This document shows positions 16,001-23,127 of a stretch of DNA of 24,195 nt, piece after piece. Under the pieces are notes generated by a model. It was not told where the DNA came from and made no database searches. It worked only from the letters and a program-made list of their open reading frames with translations. The stretch's first letter is position 1, and each line of letters begins with the position of its first letter. The DNA comes from a virus. Lineage: Duplodnaviria > Caudoviricetes. The stretch spans positions 1 through 24,195 of IMG/VR virus record IMGVR_UViG_3300012933_000045; one strand, given 5' to 3'. Both the position numbers and the translations under genes were made by a program.

Positions 16001-18275
16001 TCTGCAAGTTGACCTTAATTCCAACCTCAATGTTTTCAGCCTGCTTTTGCAACGTAGCCAGTTCGTTGGCTCGCTGAAGCGCAATCTCTTTATTTTTGCG
16101 GCTTACACCATCAAGCTGACCTTTGAGCTGCTCCGTAAATTGCAGAGACAGTCGTTCGCCTTCATTGAGCTTTGCTTCTTGAAGGGTCTGAGTCTTTAGA
16201 TTTTCAATGTATTCTTTTGTCGCAACTATTTTTGCCTGGATATTGGCGACTTCATCTTGTCCGCCAGTTTCCGCATACTTCTGGCGAATTGCGTTAATCC
16301 TAGTTGCAAGTTGCTCTTCGGTAATGTAACCAAGACGAATAGCTTCACGGTTTTCATTTCTTAGCTGATTAATCTCTTGCTCTGCTCTTGCGGACTTGCT
16401 AAGTAAAGACAAACCTTCCTTATCGAACTTTGCCTTCTGATCGAGTGCAATGTTGCCAGCTTTTACTTCGTCGTTCTTCTCTTGTTCAAGACGTAGAGAT
16501 TTCTCAGCAAGGCTGATGTTTTCTTTTAGGGTTTTTTCACGATCAGTTTCTGGCGAGACATCCTTACCAAGCAATTTTGCTGCCTGAATACGATCTTGTT
16601 GCAGAGTATCAAGTTGCTTGCGCATCTGACCAAGAAGCTGGCCAGGGTTGCTTCCCCTACCAATCTCAAGGATTGCATCGGCAGCTTGGCTAATAGCCCC
16701 CTTGATTCCTAGCCAAGCCTTCTCAACATAGCCAAGATTCTGAAGCAGCTTAGGAGTCATGCTCTCCAGCGATGCGGCATAAGCCTCCTGAGCCAATTTT
16801 GCTGCCTCAGTGCTCTTTCCTTGCTCTTCCAGTGCGCGAATCTGCTCGTATGTAGAACGAGTCAAGTAATTCATTGATTCATTGAGCTTCAGAGTTGACT
16901 GAAGTGGCGACTTGGCCAATGACTCAAAATTCTTTGCAATGTCCTCAATAGCTCCGCCGCCAACTTTTTCAAACTCAATTGCAGCCTTTGCAAAGCGCTC
17001 AAAATTCTCAGCTCCAATCTTTCCAGTTTGAGCAAAGATGTTTAAAACTTCAGCAGCCTTAGCTTGTGTCGTTGTACCCTTGTCCAAGCTAGATGCAATG
17101 CGAGACAAGTTTCCAGCAGTTGTACCTGCGGCATTGCCAGTAAGAATCAGAGTCTTGTTAAAAGCCTCAGCCTCTGCTGTTCCTTTGAAATATCCATAGG
17201 CTAGAACACCAACAGCGGCAGCAACAGTGGTAAACGGGGTGATGAGTCCAGCAATGTACCCGCCAAGCGCTTTTGCAGCAGCTCCAGCGCTACCAAACAC
17301 GTCCTTTAGCTGGCCACCTTGTTGCAGCAAAACAGTCAATGGCGCTTGGCCACCCTGCAATGAAACAACAATATCGGTGAACTGAGCAGGAACCTGACGC
17401 AAAGCCGCAGCAGATGCTTTGGCTGTCATTCCAAATTCATTGAGAGCTTTGCCTGCCTTCGTAATACCAAGCTCCTGCTCACGCAGCTTAGCAATATAAG
17501 GCGCAGTCTCCTTGGTAAGACCCATTTGCGCTGCTTGCAACTCAAGCAAATCAGCGCGTGTCTTGCCAATAGCTTCCGACTCCTTGCGAAGTCGCTCAAT
17601 AAAGCTATTGTTGTTAGCTAACTTTGCTTGCGCAGCATCTGCTTTCTCAAGCTCAGCCGTCCAGAAGCGAACGTATTCAGCATCCTGAACAAACTTTTTG
17701 GCATCCTGATGCTTCTTTTCAAAGGCGGCTACAGAAGCGAATTCCTTTTCTTTTGCCTCGGCCCTGTCCAGCGAATCAGTCCAGAAGCGAACGTATTCCG
17801 ATGCTTGATTTAAGCGTCGAGCATCTTCGACTTTCTTGTCAAATGCGCGTGATGCTGAGAACTCTTCTTGCTTTGCCTGAGCAGCAGCAATCGCAGCTCG
17901 CATGTCGGCGAGCTTACTGATGATTGGATCGAGCTTGGATGTGTCGACACCACGAATCTCGCCAAGTTTCTGGAAGTAATCTGCTGTGTTTTTCCCGCCA
18001 GCTTGCAGTTCTGCAAGGGCGCGTGACTGCTCGTCAGTGGCTCGCTTGACAGAAGCTGCCAGTGAGTTTGTGGCTTTCTCAACAGCCTGACTTACACGAC
18101 CAGCAGATGTCGTGACTTTCTCAAAAGAACGTCCAGATGAATCAGAGATTTTTTCGACGGTTGAGCCAAGAGACTCAAACTTTTTGCCTAAGCCATCGAG
18201 ATTTCTCTCTGCTTCGGTTGAATCTACGCCAATGCCTAGTTGTACCTTGGGTGCTTCACCTGGAGAGTTCGCCAT
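13095..18275 (-). CDS. Tail tape measure protein (1726 aa)
   Basis: Long helical A/L/Q/K-rich ORF after the tail chaperones; lambda-H-like QVPAQFTDIVVSLQGGQAPLTVLLQQGGQLKD and C-terminal FAKGG...VGEEGPE motifs. Confidence 0.95.
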   Translation of the reverse strand: MANSPGEAPKVQLGIGVDSTEAERNLDGLGKKFESLGSTVEKISDSSGRSFEKVTTSAGRVSQAVEKATNSLAASVKRATDEQSRALAELQAGGKNTADYFQKLGEIRGVDTSKLDPIISKLADMRAAIAAAQAKQEEFSASRAFDKKVEDARRLNQASEYVRFWTDSLDRAEAKEKEFASVAAFEKKHQDAKKFVQDAEYVRFWTAELEKADAAQAKLANNNSFIERLRKESEAIGKTRADLLELQAAQMGLTKETAPYIAKLREQELGITKAGKALNEFGMTAKASAAALRQVPAQFTDIVVSLQGGQAPLTVLLQQGGQLKDVFGSAGAAAKALGGYIAGLITPFTTVAAAVGVLAYGYFKGTAEAEAFNKTLILTGNAAGTTAGNLSRIASSLDKGTTTQAKAAEVLNIFAQTGKIGAENFERFAKAAIEFEKVGGGAIEDIAKNFESLAKSPLQSTLKLNESMNYLTRSTYEQIRALEEQGKSTEAAKLAQEAYAASLESMTPKLLQNLGYVEKAWLGIKGAISQAADAILEIGRGSNPGQLLGQMRKQLDTLQQDRIQAAKLLGKDVSPETDREKTLKENISLAEKSLRLEQEKNDEVKAGNIALDQKAKFDKEGLSLLSKSARAEQEINQLRNENREAIRLGYITEEQLATRINAIRQKYAETGGQDEVANIQAKIVATKEYIENLKTQTLQEAKLNEGERLSLQFTEQLKGQLDGVSRKNKEIALQRANELATLQKQAENIEVGIKVNLQTDEVLRSARELSKVYEEELKLTGLTSLERQKVVAQRQVELKYAKLIADLDKQSLTDTQKQEQKTKLLGAQMIEQTAAANKVIQDDFAKTADQINQSLTDALMRGFESGSDFAKNFKTTLENMFKTMVLRPVISAILAPVSGALSAGFGGSSFAGQPGGMSALSQASSVSSLYNLLNTGVSNSIQAGFGKLATSSFGQSVGLSTEAAGPVTQSGAGSATMTAEAQTMGNALGMAGNALAGYAIQKAISGGYTTGESKTVDAITLAASAYFGPIAGVAAGVFNRAFGSKLADVGLMGTFGGEKGFVGQDYQSYKGGWFTSDKTRTNEANPQTQNALAGQFRAIQVSTALMAQNLGLGTEAIQKFSKDVKISLSGLTGEQVVAKLKEEVDAINESIAGLALGTAEFNKLGESNANALNRLSTSLVTVNTTFDILGGTLYDTSLAGADMASKLVDLFGSLDAFTQLTSSYYENFYSSAERSAKATEQVTASMLDLGFALPKTKAEFRALVDAQQKLGSSGQETYASLIKLSGAFSQVIDSADAASQELYSNAQSATDLAFAAVKRSIDAASKSAEKSITDAYEAASNVLKGQKDLATTAAQVAQENVNAFKGVFDLLKTEITSLVGDSTASMSALKGRQFIEQSIATAQSTGYLPEKEQLSEAINAVKTGMEKTAYSSAFEQQRDRLVLANRLGVLKEVAGEQLTTAELQLVAAKDQVALLETQISLAKTKFDEDIEANRKYYSDALAKAQTQIDVLRGIDTSILSVSDAMSRLASAISSEVAAKSQTAAAAAAASSPSAAYSIEDTPAQRQAKVEYQTGVSVSSSDSALVAAAKVLYQSTHGGASSAEYNAAAEAVGGNIGAALGWDGSLAGTEALKAKYGFAKGGYYPGGMALVGEEGPEIINFKNPGQVYTAGQTDSLLGGGQAMIEEVRGLREDNQAQARAMVQLQAKMNKLMERWDSDGLPEVRAVA
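17659..17798. repeat. 20-bp exact repeat at 120-nt period inside the tape measure gene (40-aa tandem duplication)
   Basis: GTCCAGAAGCGAACGTATTC at 17659-17678 and 17779-17798, encoding EYVRFWT twice. Confidence 0.85.
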
Positions 18276-18284
18276 TTTTTATCC

Positions 18285-18599
18285 TCAAGAATTTTGCCGC
18301 ATCGCCTCTAGTGCAGACGATTCCATTATACGAATGTCATCAAATGACCGATTCCATTCATCTTGAGGTAAGCCCATGCTATCCAGTATCCTGAATAGGA
18401 CGTTGTAGTCAAGTCCAGTAGGCCCACTCATACCAGTTCGCCACTGTGTAGCGATGGAGATGAACAAGTCCACAGTTTGCCAGTTTTCAGGCCAAACTTC
18501 AACCACTTGAGAGGCTATCAAGTGAGAAAGGTCAAACCCTGTTGTGGGCTGACCTTTCGGCTCTGGTGTGTAAAGAGCTGAAGCGACCTGCTTTAGTTT
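18285..18599 (-). CDS. Tail assembly chaperone, frameshifted C-terminal part (gpGT-like, DUF1799-like)
   Basis: The -1 frame is open from the slippery site: KLKQVASALYTPEPKGQPTTGFDLSHLIASQVVEVWPENW...TQWRTGMSGPTGLDY...IRIMESSAL. Confidence 0.85.
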   Translation of the reverse strand, partial: KLKQVASALYTPEPKGQPTTGFDLSHLIASQVVEVWPENWQTVDLFISIATQWRTGMSGPTGLDYNVLFRILDSMGLPQDEWNRSFDDIRIMESSALEAMRQNS

Positions 18600-18985
18600 C
18601 CCACTTTACCTTCAGTGATGGCATTTCGGTAGGTGCTCATGATGGCAAGTGCAGCAGCTGGAAGCTCGTCGCACAACTGAGCCACGGCGCGGCGGCTGAA
18701 CTCAACGTCCAAATTCCAGCCATCAGCGACTTTCATGATGTAGTCAGCATTGGTGTCTTTTGTTTTCTCAAGAGCCTCTTGCAGTGAGAATTTCTGGGCA
18801 TCTTCACCAGAACTTGATGGGATTACTTGCGCATCATCCATCAAATTGTCGATCATCGTGCCGAACTCTGTGCGAGTGCGGTAGATAAAGCTCATCTCAA
18901 CCGTACCTTCTCCGCCCTCAAGCATAGGGATTGTCACGGTTGCTTTGAAATTCTTTGGGCGAGAGCCAAGTGCGATTTTTGCCAT
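18593..18985 (-). CDS. Tail assembly chaperone (gpG-like)
   Basis: 130 aa between the tail tube and tape measure genes; GWNLDVEFS motif; ends ...EGKVGN at a slippery heptamer. Confidence 0.88.
   Translation of the reverse strand: MAKIALGSRPKNFKATVTIPMLEGGEGTVEMSFIYRTRTEFGTMIDNLMDDAQVIPSSSGEDAQKFSLQEALEKTKDTNADYIMKVADGWNLDVEFSRRAVAQLCDELPAAALAIMSTYRNAITEGKVGN
18596..18602 (-). promoter_or_regulatory. Programmed -1 ribosomal frameshift site G GGA AAC (tail chaperone)
   Basis: GTG GGA AAC TAA in the 0 frame is an X XXY YYZ heptamer; the -1 frame runs without a stop into the 18285-18521 ORF, as in lambda G/GT. Confidence 0.85.
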
Positions 18986-19017
18986 TTGTATTTCCTTAGA
19001 GGGTTAAAAACAATTTC

Positions 19018-19047
19018 ATTGTAGTCTAAAAACTTTTCAGTTGTGAA
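19018..19047 (-). promoter_or_regulatory. Sigma70-like promoter TTCACA-N18-TACAAT upstream of the tail chaperone gene
   Basis: -35 at 19047-19042 and -10 at 19023-19018, just downstream of the tail tube terminator. Confidence 0.45.
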
Positions 19048-19059
19048 TGTCACAGAAAC

Positions 19060-19081
19060 AAAAAAGCCACCCGAAGGTGGC
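19060..19081 (-). terminator. Rho-independent terminator after the tail tube gene
   Basis: GCCACC-TTCG-GGTGGC followed by TTTTTT on the minus strand; C(UUCG)G tetraloop. Confidence 0.88.
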
Positions 19082-19100
19082 CTTTCTGAGTCGTCAGTGA

Positions 19101-19748
19101 TTAGCTGGCGTAAGAGATCGAACGACCCAACAAAGTCAAAGCAGCAGTGACGCTGTTTGCTTGGTTCACGTTCAATGTAGGAGCCTCAGACACGCTCATG
19201 TAGCCGTAACCGTAAGTCACAGCGCCGCCAGACAAGACCATCTTGAACGCGACTTTAGACAATGTACGGCTGATGTCCAACATTGTGATGTAGTTAGCGT
19301 TAGATGGGTCATGGCCCAGAGTCAACGTGATGCTAGTGGCGTTGAAGCCAGTAGGGATGTTGATGCTGTTGCGACGAGCGATAGGGTTGATCGTAGTGAA
19401 ACGAGCGTCACCGCCAGAAGTGGCGATAGTCAAAACTTGAGGAATTTCAGTCCAGCTAGAGACTTTCTGAGCAGAACCAACGCCACCACCAGCAGAGTAG
19501 AAGTCAGTGTCGGTAGAGTTCAAACCAGTCAGGCTGAACGTGTCAGTCGTCAATTGGTCGACTTTATACACAGTGTCAGTGGCATCTTCCCAACCAGAGG
19601 TCAGAATGACTTCATCGCCATCGGAATAACCATGCGATGTGGATGTTGCCACAGCAGGGTTAGCGTTGGTCAACGCTGTGATTGTTTTTGCGGATGCGAA
19701 AGTTTGTGAAAAGTAAAACTTCGAGCCTTCGGGGAAAAAATATGCCAT
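19101..19748 (-). CDS. Major tail tube protein
   Basis: 215 aa S/T-rich; position after the tail terminator gene; CAGGAG SD; followed by a terminator; WTEIPQV..IATSGG motif and N-terminal TITALTNANPAVATSTSHG insert. Confidence 0.88.
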   Translation of the reverse strand: MAYFFPEGSKFYFSQTFASAKTITALTNANPAVATSTSHGYSDGDEVILTSGWEDATDTVYKVDQLTTDTFSLTGLNSTDTDFYSAGGGVGSAQKVSSWTEIPQVLTIATSGGDARFTTINPIARRNSINIPTGFNATSITLTLGHDPSNANYITMLDISRTLSKVAFKMVLSGGAVTYGYGYMSVSEAPTLNVNQANSVTAALTLLGRSISYAS

Positions 19749-19822
19749 ATCAAACTCCTGTTGTATGTCTGGCCAGACAAAGCACTTTCGTGCGCCATTG
19801 AGCAGAAAACTACTCTATCTGG

Positions 19823-19852
19823 ATTTTAGATAGATTTTCGCTTGATTTGCAA
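19823..19852 (-). promoter_or_regulatory. Sigma70-like promoter TTGCAA-N18-TAAAAT upstream of the tail tube gene
   Basis: -35 at 19852-19847 and -10 at 19828-19823, with the -10 flanked by the inverted repeat TCTATCT/AGATAGA. Confidence 0.5.
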
Positions 19853-19857
19853 GCCTT

Positions 19858-20211
19858 TTATCTATATCCGCGAACCATGAAGTCCTGAGTTGCGCCTCGA
19901 TAGTTTGTGTCTGGATCGGATATTGCTACCATCTCAGATTCTGCCTGCGCATCAAAAGCAGTTGCCTGCCTCATTGCTGAATCAGCCGCAAGAATCAAAG
20001 TTGATGCCTCCAAGCGACTCACAGACCAAACAGAAACCTGAACCAAAGAGCTTCTTCGATTTGGAACAGTTTTATTCAGCGGCTTTAAAGTTTCACCTCC
20101 CATCATCGTCCAAACGATGTAAGGCAGCACAACGTCATTTGGCGCTTGGTCTGGATAGACACGAGGGCAGACCGTCTTCAGAAGGTCAAACAAATCAGAC
20201 TCAAGACTCAT
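19858..20211 (-). CDS. Tail completion/terminator protein (DUF3168-like)
   Basis: RVYPDQAP....PYIVW...VQVSVWS motif; canonical position. Confidence 0.82.
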   Translation of the reverse strand: MSLESDLFDLLKTVCPRVYPDQAPNDVVLPYIVWTMMGGETLKPLNKTVPNRRSSLVQVSVWSVSRLEASTLILAADSAMRQATAFDAQAESEMVAISDPDTNYRGATQDFMVRGYR

Positions 20212-20690
20212 AGTTTCTCTCCGGCAACAATTTTCTGAAGCTGCTCATAAGCAACAGACTTCATGGCTTCGATTGAAGCCGAGTATTTGATCTCTCCAGC
20301 CTTGCGGATGAATGAGTGCGATGGCATTTTCGATGTGCCCCACTCAACGAATCCAGCATACGGAGCAAATCTCCAGTTGTAGGAAACGTGATAAGTAGAG
20401 TTTGATGGGCCAGAGTTGTCCTTTGAGAACTTCTGATAAATCGAATTTTTCAGCGAGCCTCTAGCAAACACATAGTAAGTTCCATACTTCTTGTAAGAAG
20501 TTCCATAGAACTTGTGAAAAGCCTTGTCACCAACCGGAGCAAGCCTTTTAGCCTCGTCATACAAAACCTGAGCGCCAGCCTGCGCAATTGGCCTTGTTGA
20601 CTTTCCGATCTCTTGGCCAAGACTCTTGATGTAAGCCAGCACCTCATTTGTGTTGGCCGACAAGGTAAGAGTATTTTTACCCTTAGCCAC
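20208..20690 (-). CDS. HK97 gp10-like neck/tail component
   Basis: Start revised to GTG 20690 (GAGGT SD). EAKRLAPV...GSLKNSI...YAGFVEWGTSKMPSHSFIR motifs. Confidence 0.85.
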   Translation of the reverse strand: MAKGKNTLTLSANTNEVLAYIKSLGQEIGKSTRPIAQAGAQVLYDEAKRLAPVGDKAFHKFYGTSYKKYGTYYVFARGSLKNSIYQKFSKDNSGPSNSTYHVSYNWRFAPYAGFVEWGTSKMPSHSFIRKAGEIKYSASIEAMKSVAYEQLQKIVAGEKL

Positions 20691-21003
20691 CGTATACCTC
20701 GCAAACCAAATCCATGTAATCCTTGCTTTCAGCATCAGGAATGATGGAGATGATCTGATAAATCTTCGATGCGTAAGACACTCGCATCGCGGTTGTAATA
20801 CCGGCCTTGTAACGAACGCGAATACTGGCTCGAAGCGTAGACATCACTTGATCTGCTTTGATCGCCTCAGCGCCCTTCTGGTGAATGATATTCGCCCAGA
20901 CTGTCGCGTAAGTCGTCCAAGTGCTTACAGGCTGGCCAATCGAGTCTTGAGTCGTCGATTGTTGCTGAATTACAACACGATTTTTTAAACGGCCTGCTTG
21001 CAT
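20683..21003 (-). CDS. Head closure / head-tail adaptor (SPP1 gp16-like)
   Basis: MQAGRLKNRVVIQQ...DSIGQP...W...ATVWA...IRVRY...ITTAMRV...YQI signature. Confidence 0.9.
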   Translation of the reverse strand: MQAGRLKNRVVIQQQSTTQDSIGQPVSTWTTYATVWANIIHQKGAEAIKADQVMSTLRASIRVRYKAGITTAMRVSYASKIYQIISIIPDAESKDYMDLVCEVYGG

Positions 21004-21004
21004 A

Positions 21005-21328
21005 TTACATACCCAAATTGATGCGATATGGATCGAGCAACCACTTTACGCCAAGAGGCAACTCAACAATTGCAGAGCGCATTGGTTGCACCGTAGCCTC
21101 TCGGTTGGCATAGAGGTTGCCCACCTGAAGCAAGATGGCACTCTTAACTGCATCATCCATGACCAAGCCGTCCAAATCGCTTCCGATGCTTGATTCGTAC
21201 AGATTGCGGCCAAGATAGTTTGACGCAGCTTTCTCGCAGCCGTCCAAGTAAATTTGGATGAGCGTATCTTCGTCTGTGTGATCCACACGAAGGTGGAGTT
21301 TGGCCGTGGCCAATGTAATGATGCTCAT
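21005..21328 (-). CDS. Head-tail connector (HK97 gp6 / SPP1 gp15-like)
   Basis: Start revised to ATG 21328 (ATGA overlap). LATAKLHLRVD..DEDTLI...AILLQVGNLYANRE...LPLGVKWLLDPYR. Confidence 0.92.
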   Translation of the reverse strand: MSIITLATAKLHLRVDHTDEDTLIQIYLDGCEKAASNYLGRNLYESSIGSDLDGLVMDDAVKSAILLQVGNLYANREATVQPMRSAIVELPLGVKWLLDPYRINLGM

Positions 21329-21936
21329 GGTCTTTCTTCCCAACGTGCCTTAAAAATACCATTAGCCGCAGATGAACCAATGTTTCTGAAGACGATGTGA
21401 TATGTTCCTATTCCGAATCCAAAAGGGTTGTCAGAAGAGATGTTTGCAACACCTTTCATGCTTGAATCAACCCTAAAAATATTTACCAACTGACCACCGC
21501 TGAATCCGGTTCCATTGTCTTTCATCAGGATATTTGATGTGTATGAGCTTGCTGAGCTTGTGTTGTTCGTCTTCAAAATAGGCAAGTTGACATCAAGAGG
21601 CCCAGTGGCAGTTCCGCCTGCGTAAAGTTCAAGCTGTATTTTCGCTGTATCAAGCTCAAATCCAAATTCCTGAAGAATAGTGTCAACCCCAGCAGTCACT
21701 CGTATGACTCTGATCTGGTTGTTTGGAACTGAAAAGTCATAGAACGTCGAAAATTCACGACCGGCAAAAAAACCAGTCTGAGCAACGTCAACGCGAATTC
21801 GCGAATACGGGCCATCATCATCAGTCATCAATTTAGCTGGTGGATAAGCCTCAACTCGTTCGGCATGAGTTCCATCCCCTCGATCAACGAGGAGCTTCTT
21901 CAAGCCCTGCCAGAATGGAAAGTAAGTGTTGCTCAT
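21325..21936 (-). CDS. Hypothetical protein (203 aa, beta-rich), possibly virion-associated
   Basis: Clean ORF in the head operon, ATGA-coupled to the connector gene; no family recognised. Confidence 0.7.
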   Translation of the reverse strand: MSNTYFPFWQGLKKLLVDRGDGTHAERVEAYPPAKLMTDDDGPYSRIRVDVAQTGFFAGREFSTFYDFSVPNNQIRVIRVTAGVDTILQEFGFELDTAKIQLELYAGGTATGPLDVNLPILKTNNTSSASSYTSNILMKDNGTGFSGGQLVNIFRVDSSMKGVANISSDNPFGFGIGTYHIVFRNIGSSAANGIFKARWEERP

Positions 21937-21952
21937 ACCTAGAGTTTACCTT

Positions 21953-22540
21953 TCAAAGCGCAGGAATCCAACTCTTTTTGACATCCCAAGGTCTGGGGAT
22001 GCCATGAAAGCACACGACATAAGCGCCATCTGGAACAGATTTTAAGGAGTGCGCCTTGTAGCTGAATATCCTGTTTGGAAGCTCAAGTTGCCACCTTTTG
22101 CAAGGCAGAACGTCACGGAGATAGCCCTGATCCCCCCAATATTCACGGGTAACGCAACGCTTCATGTGCGCCTCTGGATTTGACATCCAGTCGTTCCAAA
22201 CCCTGTCCTTGTCTTTGTTTTTAATCAACATCAAGCCAGAAGCTGGAAGGTTTGGCTTGTAAAAGTCACTCAGAAGCGTTGTGTGCTCAAGCGCCTCAAG
22301 TTTCTCAATCCCGCCAATGACAACCGTATCCAAGTCAAAAAACAGCAGGTCTTCCTCAATGTCGGGACGGAAAAGCTCCATCTTCGACCACCAGCCTGGC
22401 CAATCGTGATTAAGGCGAATCGTAGGAACGCCATCAATCTCGACATCAGACAAGCAAACCAAGCCAGGAACCTGCCTTGCAAGCCACTGAACATGCTGTG
22501 GGCCGTATTCTTTTCCGCTTCTCAGAACGCAAATTCTCAC
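21953..22540 (-). CDS. GT-A fold glycosyltransferase, GT8-like
   Basis: WWSKMELF, DxD motif FFDLDTVV, WGDQGYL and VVCFHGIPRPW parallel the GT8 DxD / DQ / HxxGxxKPW motifs. GTG start overlaps the upstream TGA (GTGA). Confidence 0.8.
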   Translation of the reverse strand: MRICVLRSGKEYGPQHVQWLARQVPGLVCLSDVEIDGVPTIRLNHDWPGWWSKMELFRPDIEEDLLFFDLDTVVIGGIEKLEALEHTTLLSDFYKPNLPASGLMLIKNKDKDRVWNDWMSNPEAHMKRCVTREYWGDQGYLRDVLPCKRWQLELPNRIFSYKAHSLKSVPDGAYVVCFHGIPRPWDVKKSWIPAL

Positions 22541-23127
22541 AGCAAGTCCTCAATATCTTTTCGTGGAAACATGTCAAGCGCAGTAACCCTGCTTGCATTG
22601 ATGATCTCAGCATCAGGATGGTCATCCCTGAGCTGTTTAAACAGTGCAGGCCACCTGTCTATCTGTTTCGCGTTTGCAAGCCCTCTGGGATGGTTTCCAT
22701 GCCAATGGGCCTGCCCTCCAGTGTGTTGGCAATCGAATCCGAGCATGATTACACGCGCAGCATCGCCAAACAACGCCAAAGAGACTCCACCAGCACCAGA
22801 ATTACCGTAAGCCTTGAACTTTGCGGGACTCAGGTAAGTTGACATGAACTTTGCTGGCAGATTATTTGTGGAAAACCTCTGGCCAACAAAGTCACGATTA
22901 ACTTCGTTCAAGTGAGCAACCCACCACGGCTCATCAAGAGCAAACAGAGCATCTGCCCACGGCGCAGCCCTGAACGTGGTGTTGGCAACAATTACTGCCC
23001 TTTTTTCTTGCGCCCGCGCTTGCTCATCGAAACGCCAGTTTCTGACTCGCTCGATGTCTCCTCCGTTGAGGCTTGGCCCGCTGGCAAGGACGACGACTGT
23101 TCCTCCTCGCCATCTTCCACTAAAGGG
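22537..23127 (-). CDS. Maf/DUF115/CstII-like (sialyltransferase-fold) glycosyltransferase domain, predicted to be made by -1 frameshift from the upstream gene (248-aa fusion, 23282-22537)
   Basis: The frame is open from 23148, far upstream of the track's TTG at 22911: PFSGRWRGGTVVVLASGPSL...AVIVANTTFRAAPWADALFALDEPWW...GNSGAGGVSLAL...RVIMLGFDCQ...HWHGNH...IINASR. No ATG/GTG/TTG lies between the in-frame TGA (23151-23149) and 22911. Confidence 0.75.
   Translation of the reverse strand, partial: PFSGRWRGGTVVVLASGPSLNGGDIERVRNWRFDEQARAQEKRAVIVANTTFRAAPWADALFALDEPWWVAHLNEVNRDFVGQRFSTNNLPAKFMSTYLSPAKFKAYGNSGAGGVSLALFGDAARVIMLGFDCQHTGGQAHWHGNHPRGLANAKQIDRWPALFKQLRDDHPDAEIINASRVTALDMFPRKDIEDLL

Noticed and set aside
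19042-19054. TGTGA-ATG-TCACA as a CRP site
   Set aside because: The spacer is 3 nt rather than the 6 nt CRP requires.
22537-22911. The track's 124-aa ORF starting at TTG 22911 as the complete gene, or as a pseudogene
   Set aside because: It would lack the GPSL and N..F...D motifs found upstream in the same open frame; the frame is intact and coupled to the next gene, with no decay.
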